Source: Candidatus Sulfomarinibacteraceae bacterium
GTDB lineage: Bacteria > Acidobacteriota > Thermoanaerobaculia > Thermoanaerobaculales > Sulfomarinibacteraceae
Assembly: GCA_963796455.1 (NCBI GenBank)
Contig: CAWCLO010000004.1
Span: 992,001 to 1,056,000 of the forward strand
DNA length: 64,000 nucleotides
Direction: 5' to 3'
In this document: piece after piece, positions 1 through 10,993 of the stretch
How positions within the stretch are numbered: position 1 is the first letter of the stretch
Layout: the number at the start of each line of letters is the position of its first letter
Position numbers and translations under genes: made by a program
Notes under the pieces: model-generated
The model's input: the letters and a program-made list of their open reading frames with translations, nothing else
What the model was told of the DNA's origin: nothing
The model's database searches: none

Positions 1-1
1 G

Positions 2-178
2 GGTGAGGCGGCAGCATTGTCCTTGGCGGCGGGAATGAAAAGCCGCGCACTTCGCTTAGCTCAGGAGGCGCTGCGTCTCGATCCGACGAATCAAAAGGCG
101 AACGAGGTTCTCGGAGCTATTGAAGCCGAGAAGGGTGCGGGTGGCGGATTGCTCAACCGGTTCCGTCGCCGGAGTTAA
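2..178 (+). CDS. 3' end of a TPR-like protein (partial, runs off the window)
   Basis: Open frame from base 2 reads GEAAALSLAAGMKSRALRLAQEALRLDPTNQKANEVL...RFRRRS*. ALRLDPTN is a typical TPR turn. Confidence 0.55.
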   Translation, partial: GEAAALSLAAGMKSRALRLAQEALRLDPTNQKANEVLGAIEAEKGAGGGLLNRFRRRS

Positions 179-182
179 TCAA

Positions 183-992
183 TTGACCCTCGATGAAAAA
201 AAACACTTCGAGATCGAAGCGTGGGGCGCCACCGATGTCGGTCTGAAACGACGGCTCAACGAAGACGTCTTTTTGCTCGATGTCGATGCCGGTGTTTACC
301 TGGTCGCTGACGGTATGGGTGGCCATGCCGCCGGCGAGGTTGCGTCGCGTGAAGCTTCGGACGAAATAGCCCGCGCCTTCAGGAGCGGTATCAGCGATGC
401 CGACGAAACCTGGCCCGAACATTGGGACTCGAGTCGGAGTGCCATCGCGAACAAAATTGTCGACTCCATCGTGGCCGGTCATCACCGGGTGACGATGGCG
501 ATGAACAACGACGCCGAACTCAAAGGCATGGGCACCACGGTCGTCGTGGCCGCCCACCAATACGGCGATTCAAAGCTGGTTTTTTGCCACGTCGGCGATA
601 GCAGGGCCTACCGCTATCGCGATGGCGTGCTCGAGGTTCTCACCAACGATCACTCGTGGGTTCACGAGCAGGTGACAGCCGGTTTCTTGACCGAAGAGGC
701 GGCCCGTACCCATCCCTTGAAGAACGTTGTCACCCAGGCGCTCGGGGGATCGAGCGAACCCAGAGTCGATGTCCTCGAGACGGAGATCATGGATGGTGAT
801 CTCTATCTCTTGTGTTCGGACGGTCTCAATTCGATGTTGACCGACGCGGAGATCGCGACGGTTCTGTCGGAGGGCGGAGCACTTGACGTTCGTTGTCAGA
901 GGCTGATCGAAGCGGCGAATGAACGCGGCGGCAACGACAATATCAGTGTCGTGTTGTTGCGACCGCAGGTCGCGATCGCCAACCACGGGTGA
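183..992 (+). CDS. PP2C-family Ser/Thr protein phosphatase (Stp1/PrpC-like)
   Basis: Motifs TDVGLKRRLNED, VADGMGGHAAGEVAS, HVGDSRAY, LLCSDGL and GGNDNIS. Start placed at TTG 183 (the track ORF starts at 120). Confidence 0.93.
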   Translation: MTLDEKKHFEIEAWGATDVGLKRRLNEDVFLLDVDAGVYLVADGMGGHAAGEVASREASDEIARAFRSGISDADETWPEHWDSSRSAIANKIVDSIVAGHHRVTMAMNNDAELKGMGTTVVVAAHQYGDSKLVFCHVGDSRAYRYRDGVLEVLTNDHSWVHEQVTAGFLTEEAARTHPLKNVVTQALGGSSEPRVDVLETEIMDGDLYLLCSDGLNSMLTDAEIATVLSEGGALDVRCQRLIEAANERGGNDNISVVLLRPQVAIANHG

Positions 993-1023
993 TCGATCCA
1001 ATCCTCCGGCTCGGGATCTGACG

Positions 1024-1794
1024 GTGGTTTTTCAGGGCGTACTCTTCACCGATCTCGATGGAACCCTGCTCGATTTTGAAACCTACCGGCCTTCGCCCGA
1101 GGCGATTTCCATTTTGCAGCAACTCGGCCGGCGGCGGATCGCCGTTGTCCCGGTGAGTTCCAAAACCAGCGCCGAGGTCGCCCCTCTCATGGACGAACTG
1201 GGACTGGTGGGACCTTCGGTTACGGAGGGCGGCGCGATCATTTCCTCGAGCAATGGTAGGGAAACGGTCAATGGGCTCGCCCGAGGTGATCTGGTGCCTC
1301 TCTTGAGCATGCTCCGCTGCAAGGGTTGGCCGGTTCGTGGTATGTCTGAAATGACCGCCGGCGAGGTGGGGGAGAGGACGGGTCTCGCTCCGGAAGCAGC
1401 CGAGAGGGCGATGACCCGACGGGCGTCCGAACCATTTGTTTTTGAATCTGAAATCACCGAAGCAGACACCGACGCGTTCGTGGCAGAGGTCGCTTTGATG
1501 GGGGCCGATGTGGTGCGTGGTGGTCGGTTTTTTCACCTCCTTGGCCCCGGGATCGACAAGAGAATGGGGGTTCGCGCGGTTCTGGCTGAGATCGAGCTCG
1601 CGGACCACCTGAGGACGGCGGCCGTCGGAGACGCGTGGAACGATCTCCCGATGCTCGACGAAGTCCGGATCGGGTACCTGTTGGGAGATGCGGTTGATCC
1701 CGAACTGGTCCCTCCCGGGGTCGTGATGATCAAGACCGTTGGTCCCGCCGGGTTTTCAGAGGTCGCCTCTCGTTTGATCGGTCTCTGGGAGTGA
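1024..1794 (+). CDS. HAD-IIB phosphatase, mannosyl/glucosyl-3-phosphoglycerate phosphatase-like
   Basis: Motifs FTDLDGTLLD, SSKT, R-x-x-SEPF, GGRFFHL and GDAWNDLPML. Start is uncertain. Confidence 0.85.
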   Translation: MVFQGVLFTDLDGTLLDFETYRPSPEAISILQQLGRRRIAVVPVSSKTSAEVAPLMDELGLVGPSVTEGGAIISSSNGRETVNGLARGDLVPLLSMLRCKGWPVRGMSEMTAGEVGERTGLAPEAAERAMTRRASEPFVFESEITEADTDAFVAEVALMGADVVRGGRFFHLLGPGIDKRMGVRAVLAEIELADHLRTAAVGDAWNDLPMLDEVRIGYLLGDAVDPELVPPGVVMIKTVGPAGFSEVASRLIGLWE

Positions 1795-1848
1795 GTCTGC
1801 AGGAATTCAAAGACCCCGTTCCGGGTTGACGAAGCCGTGGAGTAGAAG

Positions 1849-3537
1849 ATGGAAAACCACCTCGAAGTGAATCCGATGTTTAACGGAATACACGGTCAGC
1901 TCGTGCTGGTCATCCTCGATGGCGTCGGTCTTTATCGTGGCCGAGATGAAGGATATGGCGGCAATGCCCTGGATCTGGCCGACACACCCAATCTCGATCG
2001 TCTGTTCGCGGAGTCAGAGGTCTTTCTCGAGCTCAAGGCTCACGGGACCGCAGTGGGACTGCCAAGCGATGGCGACATGGGGAACTCGGAAGTCGGACAC
2101 AACGCCATCGGAGCCGGACGGATATTTGAACAGGGTGCGAAACTGGTCAATCAGGCAATCTCCAGTGAACGGCTGTTTGATGGACCAACCTGGAAGGCGC
2201 TTTCTCAACGGGTCCGCGAACGAGCGTCGACCTTTCACCTCATCGGCCTGCTCTCGGATGGAAACGTCCACAGCCACATCGATCAACTGATCGCCTTGAT
2301 CCGCCGGCTCGCCGACGAAGGCGTGGGGCGGATTCGAGTCCATGCCCTGGCCGATGGACGGGACGTCGATCCAGTCTCCTTCGAGCGCTACCTGGCACAA
2401 CTCGAAAAGGTCCTCGCTGAACTTCAAAACTCCGGTACGGATGCAGCCATCGCATCCGGCGGCGGCCGGATGCAGATCACGATGGATCGATATCAGGCGA
2501 ATTGGAACATGGTCCGGAAAGGATGGGCGACCCACGTCCTGGCCGAAGGCCGTTTGTTTTCGAGCGCGATCGAAGCCGTCGAGGCCCTGCGAACCGAAAA
2601 CCCCGGGATCATCGATCAGGATTTGCCCGCCTTTGTGATCAGTGATGCCGAGGGACGTCCCCTTGGGCCCGTCAACGACGGCGATTCCGTGGTTTTCTTT
2701 AATTTCCGTGGCGATCGGGCAATCGAGATTTCCCGTGCATTCACCGAAGTGGGTTTCGATGCCTTCGATCGCACCAGGGTCCCGGATGTCCTGTACGCGG
2801 GGATGATGGAATACGACGGCGATCTTCATCTTCCTCCAATGTACCTGGTTGACCCGCCGGCAATTTCGCGGACGGTTTCCGAATACCTGGTCGATAACGG
2901 AATCAGCCAACTGGCGGTGGCCGAGACCCAGAAATTCGGCCACGTGACCTATTTCTGGAATGGTAATAACTCGGAGCCCTTCGACAGGACGCTCGAAAAA
3001 TGGGTGGAAATACCATCCGATGACGTGCCCTTCGAGACCGCGCCGGACATGAAGGCGCGCGAGGTTTGTGAGGTGGTGCTCGAAGCGCTGCGAAACAAGA
3101 GCCAGAGGTTTATCCGGGTCAATTTCGCCAACGGGGATATGGTGGGCCACACCGGTTCGCTGACGGCGGCCATGCAGGCGATCGAGGTTGTGGACGAATG
3201 CATCGGACGAATCGAGGACGAGGTGCGTGAGGCCGGGGCGACCCTGATCGTGACCGCGGATCACGGGAATCTCGACATGATGTGGGAGGTCGACAAGAAG
3301 ACCGGTGAAATCAAAAAAGATGGCGAGGGCAGGCCGCAGTTGAAGACCAGCCACACCCTCTCGCCGGTTCCCTGGTGTCTCCTCGGCGACTCGGTGGCAG
3401 GATTCCAGGTGAATCCCGAGGTGACCGAGCCAGGCCTCGCCAATATTGCGGCGACCCTGCTGCTCCTGCTCGGATTCCAACCACCATCGAATTATCTTCC
3501 TCCACTGGTCCTTCCTCCAGATGTGCGGTCCACCTGA
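1849..3537 (+). CDS. gpmI: 2,3-bisphosphoglycerate-independent phosphoglycerate mutase
   Basis: Motifs ILDGVG, MGNSEVGH, SDGNVHSH, NFRGDR, ETQKFGHVT, NGDMVGHTG and TADHGN. Confidence 0.96.
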   Translation: MENHLEVNPMFNGIHGQLVLVILDGVGLYRGRDEGYGGNALDLADTPNLDRLFAESEVFLELKAHGTAVGLPSDGDMGNSEVGHNAIGAGRIFEQGAKLVNQAISSERLFDGPTWKALSQRVRERASTFHLIGLLSDGNVHSHIDQLIALIRRLADEGVGRIRVHALADGRDVDPVSFERYLAQLEKVLAELQNSGTDAAIASGGGRMQITMDRYQANWNMVRKGWATHVLAEGRLFSSAIEAVEALRTENPGIIDQDLPAFVISDAEGRPLGPVNDGDSVVFFNFRGDRAIEISRAFTEVGFDAFDRTRVPDVLYAGMMEYDGDLHLPPMYLVDPPAISRTVSEYLVDNGISQLAVAETQKFGHVTYFWNGNNSEPFDRTLEKWVEIPSDDVPFETAPDMKAREVCEVVLEALRNKSQRFIRVNFANGDMVGHTGSLTAAMQAIEVVDECIGRIEDEVREAGATLIVTADHGNLDMMWEVDKKTGEIKKDGEGRPQLKTSHTLSPVPWCLLGDSVAGFQVNPEVTEPGLANIAATLLLLLGFQPPSNYLPPLVLPPDVRST

Positions 3538-3562
3538 CACCTTGTTGGGACAGCTCGTGAAC

Positions 3563-3591
3563 TAGACCTTTGCCGGATTCCGGGTTAAAGT
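3563..3591 (+). promoter_or_regulatory. Putative sigma70 promoter of accA (leaderless geometry)
   Basis: TAGACC-17 nt-TAAAGT, then 7 nt to ATG 3599, with no SD. Confidence 0.55.
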
Positions 3592-3598
3592 CCGAATT

Positions 3599-4555
3599 AT
3601 GGCGACTCCTACACCTCCGTTCCTCGATCCCGTCGAGGAGATCCGAACCCGAATCAATGACATGGAAAACGCCGGCACATCGAGCCCCACCACCGAAGAG
3701 GATCTGATTGCCGCGCGGCGCGAACTCGAAGCCACCATCAAAAGTGTGTTTGCCACCATCACGCCGTGGCAGCGGTGCCTGCTCGCGCGTCACCCCGAAC
3801 GGCCGTACACGATGGCCTATATCCACAGCATCTTTGATGATTTTGTCGAACTTCACGGCGACCGGCGCTTTGCCGACGATTCGGCGATCATTTCCGGTTT
3901 AGCTCGATTTGAAGGCGAATCGGTGGTCGTGGTCGGACATCAGAAGGGCAGGGACACGGCGGAGAAACTGCGGCGGAACTTTGGCATGCCCCGCCCGGAG
4001 GGTTATCGCAAGGCGATCCGGATCATGCAGCTTGCCGCCCGTTTTCGTCGACCGATCATTTCTTTCGTCGACACACCCGGGGCCTATCCGGGAATTGACG
4101 CCGAACAGCGCGGCCAGGCCGAGGCTATCGCCAACAATCTGATCGAAATGGCAGGCTTTCCGGTTCCGATCATCGTGATCGTCACCGGTGAGGGCGGGTC
4201 GGGCGGAGCTCTTGCGCTCGGAATCGGCGATCGGGTGTTGATGCTCGAAAATGCTATCTACTCGGTGATTTCTCCTGAAGGATGCGCGGCGATTCTTTGG
4301 AAAGACCAGAGCCGGGCCGAAGACGCCGCTCGGGCCTTGAAACTGACCGCACCGGATCTCAAGCGCTTCGGAATCATCGACGAGATCATTCCCGAGCCCT
4401 CGGGTGGGGCCCATATGGACCCGGGCACCATGGCCGACTCGATCGCCGCCGCGATCCGCCGCAACCTCAAGGCTCTGCGTAAGGTCAAACCGGATGTTTT
4501 GGTCACCCGGCGATTCAAAAAATTCCGAGGTATGGGGATCTACACGGATCGGTGA
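3599..4555 (+). CDS. accA: Acetyl-CoA carboxylase carboxyltransferase alpha subunit
   Basis: Motifs ARHPERP, ELHGDR, RNFGMPRPEGYRKA, DTPGAYPG, GEGGSGGAL and YSVISPEGCA. Confidence 0.97.
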   Translation: MATPTPPFLDPVEEIRTRINDMENAGTSSPTTEEDLIAARRELEATIKSVFATITPWQRCLLARHPERPYTMAYIHSIFDDFVELHGDRRFADDSAIISGLARFEGESVVVVGHQKGRDTAEKLRRNFGMPRPEGYRKAIRIMQLAARFRRPIISFVDTPGAYPGIDAEQRGQAEAIANNLIEMAGFPVPIIVIVTGEGGSGGALALGIGDRVLMLENAIYSVISPEGCAAILWKDQSRAEDAARALKLTAPDLKRFGIIDEIIPEPSGGAHMDPGTMADSIAAAIRRNLKALRKVKPDVLVTRRFKKFRGMGIYTDR

Positions 4556-4617
4556 CCACCGATCTTTCCTAACAACTGCGAGTATTGATGGGTGCCGGTT
4601 AGAATTGGACCTGCGAT

Positions 4618-6570
4618 ATGAGCCGATTTTCCCGGACCTGGATCCGACGTTTGACGTCGATTTTGATGGTGCTGCTTCTCGCAGTGCTAGGGACGCTGAT
4701 CGCGCAGCGATTCCGGCTCCTCAACACCCCGGTCGAAAACGTTGATGGTGAACAGGTTGTCAGTGAAGAGGGTGACCGGGCGGTGGGCGTCTACACCGGA
4801 TTCGAGTATGTCGAAAGGGTCGCCGGAGAGCTGATATTCGAGCTGTTGTCAAAACGTACTCTCGGGCTCTCCTCCGGATGGCACGAGATCGAGGGCGTGC
4901 GACTGCAGTTTCACAACGACGGAGAGCCGGGACCGGCCCTGAGTTGCGATCGAGCGAGCTTCAATATTCAGACCCGCGATGCTCGCCTCGAAGGTGGCAT
5001 CCGGATCGACCTGCCCGATGGCGCGGTGTTGACTGCAGAGGCCGGAACCTTCGAAGCGAGTTCCCGTCGATTCACAACCGACACCGATGTGCATTTCGTG
5101 TCGGGTGGGTCCTATGGCAGGGCCCGAAACGCCACCTACGATCTGTTACAAAACCAGGTGCTCCTCGGCGGCGGGGTTCTCCTCAGTTCCGAAAAAGGCG
5201 GGACCTTGACGGCACCGACCGCTTTGTATCGCCGCGACGACGGAACGATCGAGTTTTCGGGCGGCGCCACCATCCGTATCGAACAATCCGAGATCACCGC
5301 GCCACGATTGGTGATCGGTCTGGAGGATGAGGGCGGCCCGATTCGGCGAATCGAACTGTCAGGAGGGGTCTCCGCCAGGGGATATGGAGTTGGAGGAACG
5401 GCGTCGGCTGAAGCCTGGATGGAGAAGTTGGTGGCAAAAACCGATGCGCGCGGCCGATGGCAGGTGGAGGCCTCGACCAGCGGCAAGTGGATCACGATCC
5501 TGTTTACCGAAGGGGAAGGGTTCATCGAGCGCAAACTGGAGACATGGATCCTGCGCGGCGTGTTGGAAAGCAGCGGCGAGATCGTCAACCTCCGGGGTGA
5601 GCAGGGCGTCTGCATTCGCGAGGTTCCAGTCATGGGAGAAACCAGGTTCGGCGAAGCGCGGTCAGCACGAGTGTGGTTCAAGAATGGGCTGGCCACGGAT
5701 ATCGAGCTTCTCGAGGATGTCATTCTTCGCGGCGAAGAGATCGAAGGGCGGAGTTTTCGCGCACGACTTTCACCCGAGGCCGGGTTATCGATGCTGCACG
5801 GCGATCCGACCGGACCTGAGAGAGTCTTGTTGATCTCGCAGCGTGGCCGCCTGAGCTGCGACCGGGCCCAGCTCTTCCACGATGAAGGTCGCGCGGAAGC
5901 CCGCGGCAACGTGCAGGGTCAGGTCGAGAATGTGTCCCTGGTCGGCGCTCCCCAGCAGAACGATTCACTTCCAACCCACTTTGCCGCCGAGTCCCTTGAT
6001 GTCAACAACGAGGGCAACGAGTATCATCTGCGCGAGAACACCCGGTTGTGGCAGGGTCACCAGATGTTGCTGGCCGACGACGTTTTCTACCGCCACGATG
6101 CCGGAGAGGTTCGGGCGGTCGGGCATGTTCGAACGACGATGCCGGCGTCGGCTCTGGATGCCGCGGCGGATCCATCCGCTGATGTGGTTGTGGTCGCCAG
6201 ATCCCTCGACTTCGATCGGAGCGTGGGCGAGGCGATCTATCGCGGAAACGTGCACTACAGCGATCCGGAGCACACCCTTTCGGCGGCCGAACTCAGTATC
6301 TTTTTTGATGACGATAACGAGCTGACTGCCATCGAGGCGCTCGGAGCTGTCGAATTGGTGGAGCTGGCCACCGGACGGCGGATGACCGGGCGATTTGCCC
6401 GCCGAGAGACGATCAGCCAGATCATCACGGTTGAAGGTTCGCCGGTGCGTTTGACGGATCCGGAAGGCAACACGGTATCGGGATCTTCGTTGACCTGGAA
6501 TCAGGCCGATGGTACGGTCGCGGTCGCTGGAGGAACCGAGACCATCTACTATCCGGAGGAAAGCCCCTGA
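4618..6570 (+). CDS. Large LptC/LptA (OstA-like beta-jellyroll) LPS transport protein
   Basis: N-terminal TM anchor and repeated glycine/beta-strand units (e.g. [16 protein letters not shown]). Lies directly upstream of lptB. Confidence 0.75.
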   Translation: MSRFSRTWIRRLTSILMVLLLAVLGTLIAQRFRLLNTPVENVDGEQVVSEEGDRAVGVYTGFEYVERVAGELIFELLSKRTLGLSSGWHEIEGVRLQFHNDGEPGPALSCDRASFNIQTRDARLEGGIRIDLPDGAVLTAEAGTFEASSRRFTTDTDVHFVSGGSYGRARNATYDLLQNQVLLGGGVLLSSEKGGTLTAPTALYRRDDGTIEFSGGATIRIEQSEITAPRLVIGLEDEGGPIRRIELSGGVSARGYGVGGTASAEAWMEKLVAKTDARGRWQVEASTSGKWITILFTEGEGFIERKLETWILRGVLESSGEIVNLRGEQGVCIREVPVMGETRFGEARSARVWFKNGLATDIELLEDVILRGEEIEGRSFRARLSPEAGLSMLHGDPTGPERVLLISQRGRLSCDRAQLFHDEGRAEARGNVQGQVENVSLVGAPQQNDSLPTHFAAESLDVNNEGNEYHLRENTRLWQGHQMLLADDVFYRHDAGEVRAVGHVRTTMPASALDAAADPSADVVVVARSLDFDRSVGEAIYRGNVHYSDPEHTLSAAELSIFFDDDNELTAIEALGAVELVELATGRRMTGRFARRETISQIITVEGSPVRLTDPEGNTVSGSSLTWNQADGTVAVAGGTETIYYPEESP

Positions 6571-6590
6571 GCCCGAAAGCGCTCGATCTC

Positions 6591-7301
6591 GTGGCCCAGA
6601 ATCTACGCAAGGCCTATCGCGGAAGGTGGGTCGTCGATGGGATCAATCTGCGTATTTCTCCGGGGGAGATCGTGGGTCTTCTGGGTCCAAATGGAGCCGG
6701 GAAAACCACAACCTTCTACATGATGGTCGGCCTGGTGGAGCCCAACGAAGGACATGTTGTTCTCGGCGACCGCGAGATTACTGAAGAGTCGATGTATAAG
6801 CGAGCGAGAATGGGCGTGTCCTACCTTGCTCAGGAGCCGAGTTCCTTCAAGCGTCTTTCGGTCGAGGACAATATCTGGCTCATTCTCGAGGCCCTCGGGG
6901 TCGAGGCGAGAAGTGCCCACCAGCGTATCGACGGTCTGCTCGAAGATTTCGGTCTGGCGAAACTCAGGGGACAAAGGGCCGAGACATTGTCCGGTGGCGA
7001 ACGACGGCGGCTGGAAGTCGCGCGGGCGCTCGCAACCGAACCGACCTTCATTCTTCTCGATGAGCCCTTCGCGGGAATCGACCCGCTCGCCGTACTCGAT
7101 CTTCAACGCATCATCAGGCGGCTTAAGTCTTTGGGAATAGGAGTTTTGATCACTGATCACAATGTCCGGGAGACATTGAAGATCACCGACCGCGCCTATA
7201 TAATCAAGGACGGCAAGATTTTTGCTACGGGACAGCCCGTTGATCTGTCTGAAAATCGAGACGTGCGCCGCATCTACCTCGGAGAGGACTTCCGTCTCTA
7301 G
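6591..7301 (+). CDS. lptB: LPS export ABC transporter ATP-binding protein
   Basis: Motifs [45 protein letters not shown] and YLGEDFRL. Confidence 0.96.
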   Translation: MAQNLRKAYRGRWVVDGINLRISPGEIVGLLGPNGAGKTTTFYMMVGLVEPNEGHVVLGDREITEESMYKRARMGVSYLAQEPSSFKRLSVEDNIWLILEALGVEARSAHQRIDGLLEDFGLAKLRGQRAETLSGGERRRLEVARALATEPTFILLDEPFAGIDPLAVLDLQRIIRRLKSLGIGVLITDHNVRETLKITDRAYIIKDGKIFATGQPVDLSENRDVRRIYLGEDFRL

Positions 7302-7371
7302 AACGAAATGAGTCGAAAGACCGGGCACCGAGAGATGCCATCGACAGAAAAACTGCGAGGACTTTGAGCGA

Positions 7372-8892
7372 ATGGCACTGGAACAAAAGCTTAGATTGAA
7401 GCTGGCCCAGCGGCTGGTGATGACGCCGTCGCTCCAGCAGGCGATCAAGCTCCTTCAGCTCTCCCGCATCGAGCTCGAGGAAACACTCGCCGAGGAGATC
7501 CTTGAAAATCCAGTACTGGATGTGGAAGAGCCGGAAGCCGAACAGAGCTCCGCCGAGGCAGCTTCCGAGTCCGACGACGAGACTGGAAACGATGATGCTT
7601 CCCCCGGAGAGGAACTGAAGTCCGAGGCAAAGAGCGAGGACGACGCTTTGCCGTCGGAAGAGGAGACCTATGCCGACATCGATGTCGAGGCCTTCTTTGC
7701 CGACTACCTCGGAGACGGCCGTTCCGAGGGCCCGTCGATGGCGGCGCCGGCCCTGGATCAGGAAAATCGTCTCGAGAACATGGTTTCGGTTTCGGCCGGG
7801 CTCAACGACCACCTTTTGTGGCAGCTGCACTTGATGGATTGTCCCGAGGAGATCCTCGAGGCCTGCGAGTTCATCATCGGAAACCTCGACGAGGACGGGT
7901 TTCTGCGCGCCACCCCGGTCGAGATCCGAACCGGCACCGACTGCACCGAGAGTGGGGTGACTGCAGCCCTGGCGACAGTGCGATCTCTCGATCCGCCCGG
8001 TATCGCCGCATCCAATCTTCAGGAATGTTTCGCCGCCCAGATCGAGGCGATGATCATGGAGGCCGCGGGCAACGGCGATGGGGCTATTCTGCAAACCGTT
8101 GCATTCGTGATCGCCGAACATTGGGACGATCTGCTGCATCAACGCTGGGAGAAGCTTGCGGAAAGTCTTGGATACTCCGAATTGGTCGAGATCAAACCGG
8201 TTCTCGACATTATTCAGAGTTTGGAAATGAAACCCGGTCGGGCTTTTCGTCAGGACGACAACCAGTACATCGAACCCGATGTCTATGTTCGATTGATCGA
8301 TGGTGAATACAGCATCACGCTGAATGATGATGGCTTGCCCCGTCTTCGCATCAATTCCCGTTATGCCCGAATGCTTGAAGGAAAACAACTCGACGCAAAG
8401 GCCAATGAATACCTGCGCGACAAGATGCGATCGGCGATGTGGTTGATGAAGAGCATCGACCAGCGGCAGAGGACCATCTTCAAAGTTGCCAACAGCATCG
8501 TCAGTTTTCAGAAAGAATTTCTCGAGAACGGCATCGAACATCTGCGCCCGATGGTCCTGCGACAGGTTGCCGAGGACATCGGGATGCACGAATCGACCAT
8601 CTCGAGAGTCGTGAGCAACAAATATATGTACACCCCGCGGGGTCTTTTCCCGATGAAGTACTTCTTCCACTCGGGTGTCGACTCGGCACGGGGAGAAAAC
8701 GTTTCGTCGATGGTGGTCAAGGAGCGGATTCGCAAGGTGATCGAGGCTGAAGACCCGGAGCGGCCGCTGTCGGATTCGAAGATCATGCGCACCCTGCAAA
8801 AAGAAGGAATTCGCCTCGCCCGTCGAACCGTTGCCAAGTATCGTGAAGAAATGATGATTCCTTCGTCCGACAAACGAAAGAAAGTGTTCTGA
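7372..8892 (+). CDS. rpoN: RNA polymerase sigma-54 factor
   Basis: Motifs MTPSLQQAIKLLQL, HESTISR and the RpoN box ARRTVAKYRE. Confidence 0.97.
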   Translation: MALEQKLRLKLAQRLVMTPSLQQAIKLLQLSRIELEETLAEEILENPVLDVEEPEAEQSSAEAASESDDETGNDDASPGEELKSEAKSEDDALPSEEETYADIDVEAFFADYLGDGRSEGPSMAAPALDQENRLENMVSVSAGLNDHLLWQLHLMDCPEEILEACEFIIGNLDEDGFLRATPVEIRTGTDCTESGVTAALATVRSLDPPGIAASNLQECFAAQIEAMIMEAAGNGDGAILQTVAFVIAEHWDDLLHQRWEKLAESLGYSELVEIKPVLDIIQSLEMKPGRAFRQDDNQYIEPDVYVRLIDGEYSITLNDDGLPRLRINSRYARMLEGKQLDAKANEYLRDKMRSAMWLMKSIDQRQRTIFKVANSIVSFQKEFLENGIEHLRPMVLRQVAEDIGMHESTISRVVSNKYMYTPRGLFPMKYFFHSGVDSARGENVSSMVVKERIRKVIEAEDPERPLSDSKIMRTLQKEGIRLARRTVAKYREEMMIPSSDKRKKVF

Positions 8893-8919
8893 CCCGATGA
8901 GAGTTTCATCGGGTTTTTT
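8892..8919 (+). terminator. Rho-independent terminator after rpoN
   Basis: Stem ACCCGATGA / TCATCGGGT with a 5-nt loop, followed by a T run. Confidence 0.8.
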
Positions 8920-8994
8920 GACAAGGGCGACGAAGCAATATCAATCGCCGTCCACAGGAGAAGCCCGAACTGAAAAACGGGTCTGGGAGAAGTC

Positions 8995-9543
8995 ATGAAA
9001 GTTGAATACATCGCACGCAAGGTCACATTGAGTGAGCAGTCCCGCGAGTTGGCGGAAAAGAAGCTGGCAAAAATCACCAAGTACTTCAACGACATTATCG
9101 ATGTCCGGCTGGAGGTGTCCCAAGAGCGGCATCTCCACGTCGTCGATCTGTCGGTGAAAGGTAAGGACTTCGATACTCAAGCAACGGCCCAGCACAAGGA
9201 CATCAGCTCGGCCATCCAGGAAGCGATCGACAAGCTGGAAATGCAGGCGCGGCGGGCGAAGGCTCGATTGAAGGACCACAAAAAGCGCGCCGGTTCGGTT
9301 GCCAAAACCGATCAGGGCTGGGCGATTGACGTGCTCGAGCGAGAGTCGATCGGTGATGCCGAACCGCGCATCGTCGAGCGCAGCAACCTCGAAATCAAAC
9401 CGATGTCGATCGAAGAAGCGGCTCTACAGCTCGATGCTTCGTCATACGGTTTTCTGGTCTTTCGGAACTCGAACAACGATCGCATCAATGTGATCTATCG
9501 TCGTGACGACAATAATCTGGGATTGATCACCCCCGAGCTTTGA
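8995..9543 (+). CDS. hpf: Ribosome hibernation promoting factor (long HPF)
   Basis: S30AE-type N-domain plus C-domain KPMSIEEAALQL...FRN...INVIYRR. Follows rpoN. Confidence 0.92.
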   Translation: MKVEYIARKVTLSEQSRELAEKKLAKITKYFNDIIDVRLEVSQERHLHVVDLSVKGKDFDTQATAQHKDISSAIQEAIDKLEMQARRAKARLKDHKKRAGSVAKTDQGWAIDVLERESIGDAEPRIVERSNLEIKPMSIEEAALQLDASSYGFLVFRNSNNDRINVIYRRDDNNLGLITPEL

Positions 9544-10007
9544 TGAAGATCCACAAACTCATTACACCCGACAACGTGTACCTCGACCTCGATGCAGATG
9601 ACGTCGAGGCGGCTCTGAGCGCGGTCTCTGAAGTGTTCTCACCAACCCTGGGTCTCGAGAGTGAAGAAGTTCTGCGTGCGCTGCTCGAACGTGAGGGCCT
9701 GGGTTCCACTTCGATCGGCAATGGTTTTGCGATTCCACATTGCAAGACCGAAGGTCTGCGCCAGATCGCGATTGCGCTGGCTCGTTTTTCTCAACCTGTT
9801 CCCTTTGGCGGCAATGATCATGATCCGGTGGCTTTTGCGTTTGTCGTGTTGTCACCCCCCGATCAACCCGCCGCCCATCTTCAGGTCCTGTCACAGATCG
9901 CACGGGTTCTGAAACGCCATGATCTTCGCGACCAATTGCTGTCGGCTTCGACATCCGACGAGATCGCGACCGCCATCTGTGCGACCGCAGAGTCGGAGGG
10001 GCTATGA
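9543..10007 (+). CDS. ptsN: PTS EIIA (Ntr/Fru family)
   Basis: Motifs LLEREGLGSTSIGNGFAIPH and HLQVLSQIAR. Confidence 0.88.
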   Translation: MKIHKLITPDNVYLDLDADDVEAALSAVSEVFSPTLGLESEEVLRALLEREGLGSTSIGNGFAIPHCKTEGLRQIAIALARFSQPVPFGGNDHDPVAFAFVVLSPPDQPAAHLQVLSQIARVLKRHDLRDQLLSASTSDEIATAICATAESEGL

Positions 10008-10993
10008 CCACGCCGGATCCGATTCCGGTGGATCGCCTGCTCAGCGAGAGGCGGCTCGCTCACCTGAATCTCGAAGTTGTCGGTGGCGCTGAAGGATTGG
10101 CGGACCACCGGATCTCCAATCCGCGAGTCCAAAAGCCGGGTCTCGCTTTGGCCGGATTCCTGCCGTATGTCAAACCGGGCCGGCTGCAGATCATCGGCGA
10201 GTCGGAACACGATTTCCTGGCGACATTCCCGAAGGGCGAAGGGGACCAACGGCTGAAATGCCTGCTGGAACTCGAAATTCCCTGTGTGGTTTCGAGCAAA
10301 GGAAAACGCCCGTCCGAAGCGGTGATTGCGGCTGCGAATGCGGCTCGAGTGCCTTTGCTCGTGACACCCGAACAGACCTCGGAAACCATCGAGGCGCTGT
10401 CGAGTTTTCTGGAGGACGAACTTGCTCCCAGAACCCAGATGCACGGTGTGCTGGTGGATGTCTTCTCCCTCGGCACATTGATCATCGGCGATCCTGGTAT
10501 CGGCAAGAGCGAGTGCGCCCTCGAACTGGTTTATCGCGGCCACCGATTGGTCGCCGATGACACGGTGGTGGTTCGCCGGACCCACCACCGGGGTTTGCTC
10601 GGCGGCCCGCACGAGTTGCTCGAAAACTACCTCGAACTCCGCGGCGTCGGAATCATCGACGTCCGCAAACATTTCGGTATGACGGCGACATCGCCCGCGG
10701 TCGCGTTGTCCCTGGTCATTCAGCTGACCAAGCTGACACCCGAAGCTCGAGAAATGGAGCAGGTGTGGCGCGAACAGATGATGGAACGACCGAGCGCGTG
10801 GACCTCGACCGAGAATATTCTCGGAATCGAAATACCCCGCTACACCATGGTGGTGGCCCCGGGGAGAGACCTGGCGATCATGGTTGAAACGGCGGTGCGA
10901 AAATGCCTGCTCGCGCAACGCGGCATCGAAGACGAACGCGGATTTCTGGAGAGCGTGAATATGATGGCGCTAGGGATCGATCGTGAGCGCTGA
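10004..10993 (+). CDS. hprK: HPr(Ser) kinase/phosphorylase
   Basis: Motifs QKPGLALAGF, HGVLVDV, GIGKSECALEL, HRLVADD, ELRGVGII and PGRDLA. Confidence 0.95.
   Translation: MTTPDPIPVDRLLSERRLAHLNLEVVGGAEGLADHRISNPRVQKPGLALAGFLPYVKPGRLQIIGESEHDFLATFPKGEGDQRLKCLLELEIPCVVSSKGKRPSEAVIAAANAARVPLLVTPEQTSETIEALSSFLEDELAPRTQMHGVLVDVFSLGTLIIGDPGIGKSECALELVYRGHRLVADDTVVVRRTHHRGLLGGPHELLENYLELRGVGIIDVRKHFGMTATSPAVALSLVIQLTKLTPEAREMEQVWREQMMERPSAWTSTENILGIEIPRYTMVVAPGRDLAIMVETAVRKCLLAQRGIEDERGFLESVNMMALGIDRER

Noticed and set aside
2014..3540. Long antisense ORFs (also 7225-8799 and 45755-47251)
   Set aside because: They are typical shadow ORFs of GC-rich coding strands with no recognisable motifs.
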